Shown: positions 24,136-36,208 of the stretch, piece after piece
Numbering within the stretch: position 1 is the first letter of the stretch
How the letters are laid out: every line of letters begins with the position of its first letter
DNA from: Syncephalis fuscata S228
Lineage: Eukaryota; Fungi; Zoopagomycota
DNA length: 36,208 nt
Assembly (NCBI GenBank): GCA_025786725.1
Contig: JAHLTZ010000077.1
Span: 1-36,208 of the forward strand
Direction: 5' to 3'
Notes under the pieces: model-generated
What the model saw: the letters and a program-made list of their open reading frames with translations, nothing else
The model's database searches: none
Told to the model about the DNA's origin: nothing
Translations under genes and position numbers: made by a program

Positions 24136-24847
24136 CTACTCGCTATCAGTCCAGCGCACGGCAAATTGGCCAATGACTGGAACCATGAATCGATTCAATG
24201 AAGATCCATTTTTATAAGCTTGGAGCCTAATAGCCGTGTTATAATGATATTAACGCAATAAATAAACAGTACTTACATCAAGAATGCAATAAATACAAAG
24301 CTGGTAATGAGTAACAGTTTAGCAAGGAGTGATGAAATGAGTGCCAAAATCACGTAAAATAGCTAATATCAATTATTAATTATTAATTATTAATTAATAC
24401 AATAACTATTTATATAAATACATACCATGATAGGTGCGAATATAAGGCACGACTGCCAAGCGTGAAAGCGTACATAGTCATTCTTTTGTTCGCAAATCAA
24501 AAAGAAGACACCTAACAATAACAACATTATTGTCATGGTTACAAACAATGCCATAGTTAGTATTTGTAACTCATCTTATCGCTACACTTACCGCTGAAAC
24601 AGCCAAGTAGATAGGTCAAGGATGCCTCGACATCGACTCGGATTGGTAGAGAGGTTTCGTACTTGTTGATCCGTGTACCCGAATTACTTGGTTGATTTGG
24701 TGATTGGTAGGAAGCATTGGCAAATGGATTTGCACTAGAGCCTGCACGGTCACTGCTATTTACCGGTTGGTACTGGCCAGTAGGTGGCCGAGATGACTGG
24801 TAAGAATCAGTATATGGACTAAACGCTGCTGCAGCTTGGTGATCCAT
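24136..24847 (-). CDS. Small integral membrane protein, DUF4870/Tic20-like
   Basis: Exons 24847-24592, 24511-24426, 24362-24277, 24226-24136. A disordered N-terminus is followed by LTYLLGCFSGVFFLICEQKNDYVRFHAWQS, further hydrophobic segments and RFMVPVIGQFA. Confidence 0.8.
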
Positions 24848-25523
24848 GGATAAGTACGAGTGTAGGAAGGGGGCAACAACGGCGGCGGCAGCGGCGATAA
24901 CACCAAAATCAAATAGCACGGATAAGGCTACACAGTGAGATGCAGTATGCAAGTTATAGATGAGTTACTGGTCGCTACAGTTAAAGTAGATAAGGGATGG
25001 AGCGTAACGAAGTGATGGCAAGATAGAAAACGAAAGAAGAACAAGTTATGGTTGAAATGAAAGTGTTAACGCCAAGAGACTTTTCATAGAAATTGATAGA
25101 TTTCTATAGTAGCTGATGTGTGTGTGTGTGTGCAACATTTATGCTATTAACTACTTGTTTCATTTTGATTCATTTGATTCAAATAATTGCTTAATTTTTA
25201 TGCATAATTAATAGTGGCATAATACATATAACTTAGAGGCCTATTTTATAGAATGGACAAGACAGTATACAATATTTGTTCACGTAAAAATAATAAATTT
25301 ATATTACTTTTTAGATTGATCATATATTATATGTATTCTTAAAAAGTCTATATTAAATAGTAAAAACATATCAATTAAGCTTTTACCACTTTTATTCACA
25401 TTATAATCATTTGCTTCATATTAAATAAAATGACAATAGTATAGTAGACATTTACTCGCAATATAATTAAAAAAAGTATAACACAATTGGGTATAATACT
25501 TGTACTCGAGCAGGTATCTTTAG

Positions 25524-28372
25524 CTAACTAATCTCGCCATAATAAAAGTTGAAATCGGATGGTGGCTGAGTAGGCAAATCGCACCAACTTGGAATATCCA
25601 ACTTTTCGGCCGCTACATCAAGTAGGTGGACACGCGTTACAACTTCCGTTAAACTCATAATGAGTTCGGCCGTATCACGATTTGCTATATTACGATCAAG
25701 TAACATGTTAAATCCATCGGTCCATTCGGCAAAACGAGTAGCATCGGGTGCTACAAAATCAACCAGTGATAAATCATTACCGGTCATTAGAGAGAACGTC
25801 ATATACGTAGGCAATCGACTATTTGGATGGCCACTGCCACTGCCTGTATTTACCGCAAGGGAAATAGAAGTACGAGCACCGGCCGATGTTGAATTGGCAT
25901 GTCGATGTCGTTGTTGTGTAGGTGATGTGGCACCTGATACGCTATTACCAGTATTGCCCACTCCATTGCCACCAACTACATTGGCCATTGATGAACCATG
26001 ACCACCTACGCTGGCATGTGTAGCATGTCCTGGACCGCCTGGTCGACCCGTTACCGATCCAGTCATAACATGAGTTACTAGAGATAAATCAACTAGTATT
26101 GCTTATTAGTTTATATCTACTATTATTATGGCTAATAGCTACTTACTGCGTTCCGGTAAGTCTTCAAGTAATGGCCGATCATCCATTACTTCAGCAAATT
26201 CACCATAGTGCAAGTATTTCTTATTAGGTGAAAGGCGATAGTAACGATAGGCCATTTTACGTGATTTGCCATGAGGAACAGCAAGATTAACACCGCCAGC
26301 GCCGGTTGATGCACTGGCCACACCAGCCAATGCATTGCTAGTAGAGCCGCTGCCACCTGCACCGCCACTAATGTTACCGGTTACTGTCCAAGGTGCAGGG
26401 AACCAGGCACCACGTACTAGACAGTCAACACGTTGTTGTTTAACAAATTCATAACTTTCACGATAAAGTCGCTCACGCAAATTACTATTGTATTGTTCAA
26501 TTGGTTATTCAAACTAGCCAATCAGCGTTTGTTCAAACAACTTACCGAACAGCTAATTTAGTCAGTAAATCATCTTCATCTTCCAAGTCTTTAAGTTGAC
26601 GTGCTCTCATCGTTTCATAAGGCGTTTCTAGCATTGCGCGTTCATAGTCGAATAGCGATGTAATATCGCCTTCTTGAAGTGTATATTGTACATGAGATCG
26701 TACTAATGCTGCCACTTTGTCAAAATCTTCGGTCGTTGCTTCCATATGATTCCAGGCTCGGAAGAATGCCAACAATGTTGTAGTATGCACATCCTCCATG
26801 ACTAATTGTAACGGTTGGAATGCCGTCGCCGGTGCATCTAATCGCATCATTCGTATAATTAGTATCTACGTTATTAATAGCAATGTTTAATCCTACTTAC
26901 ATCCAGAACCAATATTCCATTGATCTGACAATAACTCGGTTACCTCAATCGATGCATGAGCATATGGGCATCGTCTACCGGCAGTCCGATTCAATTGCTC
27001 TATAATTAGCTATAATGGATAATCTATTAGATAAATATTCCTACTAATATTAAACGTTGAAATTACCTTGGCAAAATGATCAGCATCTGATTGCACATAA
27101 TGATACATCTGCTGTAAGCCTAATAGACCAACACGTTGCATTTCCTTCCAAGGATTTTCCGTCTATACAATAAAATAAATAAGTACCATTAATAATGCTC
27201 GACTGTCTATACGTACATCAAAGCCTAGTAGGCGCCACTGCACATCTCCCGTCCAGCCTGAAGCCTCAATCGCCACTCTCTTATCCGCCTCGGTAATACG
27301 TGCTGCTTGCCATATACCATCCAAAAGATCGGCTGCACCCGGTGTTTCTGATCCAATTTGCGTGTATTTCAACTGATGTTGCCGACGTAGAATCACTTGT
27401 TGGAAATCAAGTAGGTGCTTGCCCATTTCCTCGCCTGGATTCAATTGCATTAAACGCATCACTGATTTACGTGCCCCTTGTCGATCCAACTCTGCTTGAT
27501 ATTCATCGTTGTACTCGGGTGTTACATGTGTGCTCATCGCATTGACCAACGCCAAACTAAGCTGAGCCAATACATAGTCCGACGCGCTTAGACGACCCAC
27601 TAACGATGGCAAGAAATCCGATTCAGTTTCCATAGCTTGATGTAGCTTAGCATAGCCATAACATTGAATTGGCCCAATCGAAGTTGCATCAGCACATACT
27701 AACTTGATAAGCACAGCTGTAGCAGGACGTGATATATTTACAAGTGTTTCATGCACCACCAGTCGTGCAAGCATATGAATAAAATCATCTGTAATCTGAT
27801 CCCAACCAAAATCGTGTTCCATTAAATTGGCCAACGAATTTAAAGCATAGGCCAAACTATTACCCGTAGTGGATTGTACAGTATCCATGATAATCTGTAG
27901 ACCACCCATTCTACAGAATTCAGTAGCAAACTCTGATTCCTATTGATGAATTGTTGATTAAGTCAAATTTATATATCTACCCATTTCTACTCACTTTAAT
28001 TGCTTCTTTTAGTGTAAAAATCAGCTTTTTACGATCATTGGCCGTATTCGCTTGTAGTTGTTTGGCCATATCACGGGCTTCAGCCTGAGGTGACACTACT
28101 AAGCGGATACGTTCACCATAACTAATTTTGCGCCGGATATTCTATAGCAGTCCACTTGTTAATTGCTGTCCAATTGTTACACGTTTAACCTACATCATCG
28201 GTAATAAGTTCTAAACTAGATGCCAAGCGTAAAGCAAAGCGTCCGGTTCATCTTGCAAGTTCAACTGTTCCAGACACAAGTTACGCACAATATCAGCCAC
28301 AGGCAATGATAGATCAATAGAGCAGTGCAATTCTCTGGTCTCATAGACCAATTCCACTTGTGTAGGTAACAT
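25524..28372 (-). CDS. ELMO: ELMO/CED-12 family protein (N-terminal, ELMO and PH domains), with an apparent 1-bp frameshift in exon 1
   Basis: Exons 28372-28194, 28141-27995, 27939-27217, 27162-27067, 27009-26901, 26837-26546, 26484-26147, 26092-25524. Motifs FA.EF...GG, GN.LAYAL, LMEHDFGW, WRLLGF.TENP, CPYA.ASIEVT, W..M.AT.EDFDKV, QR..CL..GAWF, RLSPNKKYLHY, EWTDG.N.LL. Confidence 0.92.
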
Positions 28373-29112
28373 TGTATACTGCCAAACCAATAGCCCACCC
28401 AATAATACGAATCTTTGTACAGATTCAAGTAATAGCAACAACTAGCAATTAAACAATAATAAACAGTTAAGAGTATCTTAGATGATGACAGCTAAATAAG
28501 TGACGAGACAATGAGAAAGGTTGTGTCAGTGTACAACGCGTGTGTTATATGTGTGTGTTATAGAGAAGTCTCTATAATTCATGATTACTATAAAAGGCAA
28601 TCTAATATAGACAATTTAGACAGCCATCATTTATTCAACACAATAAATCCATTTTATTCAAATAAATAAAGGAGATTATTGATGAAACTCTATAACTACG
28701 AGTAGATGCATAAGACAATGAAGATCTGCAATCGACCCTGAGTGATACGAACAGACAAGGACCATGAATATCCAACATTTTAGTCTGCTTCTAGATTGCC
28801 TCTCTTGTCGCCTGTGCAGGCATGCTAATAGCTGTGCGTCAGTCCAGTTTCTCCCCTTTCATACCTATTCCATTACTATACTTGCAGTTACTATCTCGAC
28901 ACCTATGACTTGTTAAGTAACGGGCGGAGTATCGTGTTTAAAACGTAACCAGCGCTCCGCTTTAATAGTCGACAGGCATTCTTTCTAAATTCATACAACA
29001 CTTTTATTTACTCGCTTCGTTTTTCTTTGATTATACACTTGGTTATTATAGATTGGCGTGTAGTTAACTCATCCGTGGGATTTTATTATCAGAATTGCAT
29101 TCTACGACGATA

Positions 29113-32100
29113 ATGGCTACAACTGGACCTGTACTGGCGGCAACCAACGCCCTCTTGCGAGACCATAGCCATAACAGTAACAATAGCACCAACAGTAGCA
29201 GTAACAACAACAACAACAGCAGCAGCAGCAATAACCATAACACTAACAACAATAGCAATCAACAGCGCGAATGTAATAGCACAGCAACGTCTCCCGTTAT
29301 AAAAAGTATACCTGCTCGACGTTCTATAGCCATCAATGTAGCAGCAGCTAACATTTCCTCGTCTTCGTACTCTCTACCTTCGTTTGATCGATCTAGTCGC
29401 GAAAGTGACGACGACGACAACGACGACAATGATGATAGAGATCATACTTGGGCAACTGCACCAAATACACCACTAGTGCTTGAAGAAGATACATTAAAAC
29501 AATTACAAATGATGCTATCGAGCGATTCACCAACTAGTAGCTACGTTGGTAACGATGCAGCTGTCCCTTTGAATAGTAGCAATAGCAGTGATAATGGTGC
29601 CATGCCACACCATCGTTCACGCCGTGCCTACAGCGTTACTGACGACAATCAACATACCCTTTCAGCTGTAGAACTATGTGAAGAGTGTGCTGATCCATTC
29701 TCTGGTGTACCTCAGCCGTGTCTACGTCGTCCTCTTACTTCACCATTACCCGTACCAACAACAACAAACACGGCCAATATTAACATCCCGGCCACTACAC
29801 CTGTTCATATTGCGGTATTATCTGCTAAAGGTGCAGCTAAAATGGCGCCTATGCTCCAACATGTACCACAACGCGTTCAATCACTACCCACTGCCATTCA
29901 CATGGATAGTGCCTTACTTGGACGTACCCATGCTGCCACTTTAGCCGCCGCCGTATCATCCAATCAACATTCAGCGGAGTTACCAACATCTCCACGCCTA
30001 CGTCGGAGTAGCAGTCTTGATCAAGTGGATAAATTACAATTGGACCAATTACATCGTTGGATTATCGGGTTTTGTGTGGTTACATTTGATTTAGAATTAG
30101 GACATGGTAAATGACAAAGTGTTACAGTCATTCACTAATGATTAATTACCATTCATCATTTAGCTATGGAATTGGTTTATCCCCCCTTTGAATTGGATCC
30201 ATATCTTAAACAGAATATGTAAGTAGATAAATAGGAATAGTAACCACTTTGGTTAATCTGTATATATATACTTGTAGTTCTTTTTGTTCATTTCCCGACT
30301 CACACGCCGTTTCTCTAGGCGATACAGTGTATAGCTTTCGTGTACGGGTTGGCTTGGCTCAATCTACAGCATCAACAGCCGCACTAGGTCTTCTACACTA
30401 ACACGATCTCAATCATCGGGACCAGTCAAGCCTAAACTTGCTTTGCCTGGTATGTATGGATATAAATGTGCTTTTACATAGATATCTAATAAATCCAAGT
30501 AGATATTTCTGATCATGATGGATTTCTATATGGTTATGTACTATTTAGACAACGAAAAGATGCTCGACTTCGACGTGGCTATTTTCAGGTAATTACTTTA
30601 ACAATCATGCTAATCATAATTATAGCAAGTATTAACTTCAATTGTTACTCCTTTTATAATTGTAATAGAAATCACTTGTATTGTTGAGTAAACAACAGCT
30701 TCCAGGTTTATTTCTCGACATGGTACGTCGTGTTGGTGCAGCCTATTTCAATGAAGGACGTCAAATATTGGAACAAACATGTCAATCCATTGCTAGCTGG
30801 TAATTATTAACACTACCGTATAACTATATAATGACTAATATAATATAATAGGCCAAAACCATCTTTAGGCAAAACATTGATACTACCTTTGCTTAATACA
30901 AAATTACAAGTTGAATTGCCAGCACGTCATCGTGTTCAACTACTACCGCGAAGTGCTGCTCTTAATAATCCTGAACAATATGTAAGTAATTAATTGAATA
31001 ATCTATTTATTACAACTATTCATACTCATACTCATATGTATATTACATTTATCTGTTTAGTTATTGGCATCTATACCACCGGCTGCTTTATATACACATA
31101 CACGTGAATTTCTAAATGATCTATGGCTATGCTGGGAACTTGTTTTACTGGGAGAACCCATCATGGTATTGGCCAAAGGAACACGTGAATGTGCCGATTC
31201 AGTACTTGCACTTATTAATTTAATTGCACCAGTAAGTGATTAACGATCTAATTAACTATATAATAGGTTACTTAATAGATTATCTAGATCCCTTATGGTG
31301 GTGATTGGCGACCTTATTTCACGGTCCATGACTCAGATTTCAAGGCATACTCATCACGATTAAAGGTAAGTTTAGTCATAAATAATAATAATGACTTTAA
31401 TACTAACAATGTTAATAGACACCAGGCAGTGTTATTGTTGGTGTTACAAATCCATTCTTCAAGGATGCATTTGATCATTGGCCAAATATTCTACGTGTTA
31501 ATCAAGCTGATATGCCGTAAGTAATATTGTGATACCCTTATCATAGATCAATAGATTCTAATAGAATTAATATAAATGCTTATAATAATAGTTTATCAAC
31601 TAGTGCACCAACACGAACACCAAGTCCATTTGAACGACCATCATTAAAAAAGTTTGGCCGTCAAGGCTCTGGCTCATCATTTGACTTTATACCTGTAAGT
31701 TATTCATTTAAGCATTCTAATATTTTATTAAATCGATTAATAGGGTCTTACGAGCAAGCGTAAACGAGTCATCGACAAGGATACGGCACTTATTAAGGAG
31801 ATTACAACATTGACGCAACAACGTGTTAGTCGTAAGTCTATTGCTATTATAATAATAGCATTTTATTAATAATGAATAATTATTTATATTTAATAGCTCA
31901 TCTACTTAATGATACAATCCGTCGATACTTTGCCGATCTAACCGAACGTTTTCTCGAACCACTTGATCGATACTTTACAACGTTAATTCCCGCTCATAGG
32001 TATGTAATTACCCACTTATTATAATAATTGTACTTGTAATAATAATAACAATACTAGTGAATTAACTACATCTCACGCACCACCTACATTGAAATCATTC

Positions 32101-32633
32101 GTCAAGATGAATTTCTTAAATTTGTACAAGAAAAAGGTATTTATTATTATTATTATTATTACATTTAATGATATTTATTTAACTAAATACTCGTTTTATA
32201 TAGGTACTCGATTAAAATTTAAAACTGCTGCCTTTCAAGCAACAGCCTGTACCGATTTCTATGCCCAATTTCTACGCTGTCCCAACTTTGTACAATGGCT
32301 ACAAATGCGATCAGTGGCCGCTGAACGACGACTACGACAAACTCATTTACGCTTATTAACCGATGCCAATCTATCAGATTGGATGCAGCATCGCACCGAA
32401 GTTGAACTAGTCGACATGTTAATGCGTGTACGATTCCATTTAGTAAGTTTTTTAATGTATAAACTATAATATAATACTAATCACCATTTAATCAATAATA
32501 GAGATCGGATGTATCATCTAATGAGCAACGTCCTACCCAGGAACAAATAGAACAATTACGCTCACAGGCCGATTTAATTGTTGGTCGATTACCAGCCGAT
32601 CTTAAAACAATGCTTGTACCATCCTCACCTTAA
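29113..32633 (+). CDS. DENND6: DENN-domain protein DENND6-like (Rab GEF) with a long low-complexity N-terminus and an apparent 1-bp frameshift near 30389
   Basis: Multi-exon gene. Motifs [87 protein letters not shown]. The start codon is uncertain. Confidence 0.9.
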
Positions 32634-32928
32634 AGGAAAAGAATAGTAACAACAATGACAGTATATATATATATATATTATATATATTATACGGTCCATT
32701 TAATGCTGTACTGCTATTTAATCATCTACGCGGTCATTTTAGCAACTACGCTACATTGCCCCTCCTATCCTTATCATCTTTATTATAATTATATTTCTGC
32801 TATGCATGTACACTAGACAATGCGTCTAACCAACGACGACCATCATCATTACCATCATCATTACCATCATCATTGTCGCATTAAGCAATAAAGTGAACGA
32901 TAGTTTTATTAATAGCAATGTCAACACT

Positions 32929-36208
<3,280 letters not shown>

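Noticed and set aside
25077-25112. Similarity to the U3 snoRNA 5' end (GACT..TTTCA..ATTTCTATAGT)
   Set aside because: Box A is disrupted, and the downstream sequence is TG microsatellite and AT-rich with no B/C/D boxes.

Overview
Eukaryotic, intron-rich, AT-rich fungal DNA. The gene set and intron style suggest an early-diverging fungus such as Zoopagomycota, which is inference only. Two blocks of housekeeping genes flank an AT-rich, gene-poor island of about 14 kb (~2.5-16.4 kb). The left block holds a mitochondrial carrier and panB/ECM31. The right block holds a Kin4/Frk1-like kinase, EMC5 (absent from the ORF track), ARO7, a DUF4870/Tic20-like membrane protein, ELMO, DENND6 and RPC2. The only recognisable genes in the island are intronless secreted-protein genes, each present as an identical head-to-head pair inside a spaced palindrome. 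Palindrome 1 (3709-5363; 561-bp arms, 533-bp spacer) carries a 65-aa prepropeptide predicted to give a 27-aa six-cysteine peptide after a Kex2-type site. Palindrome 2 (7561-14343; 3.1/3.5-kb arms, 180-bp spacer) carries a bacterial-type CAP/SCP protein and has a 333-bp tandem repeat core with unequal copy number. Junction sequences hint at spacer inversion and arm homogenisation. Four apparent 1-bp deletions in conserved genes (two in essential RPC2) point to residual assembly indel errors.
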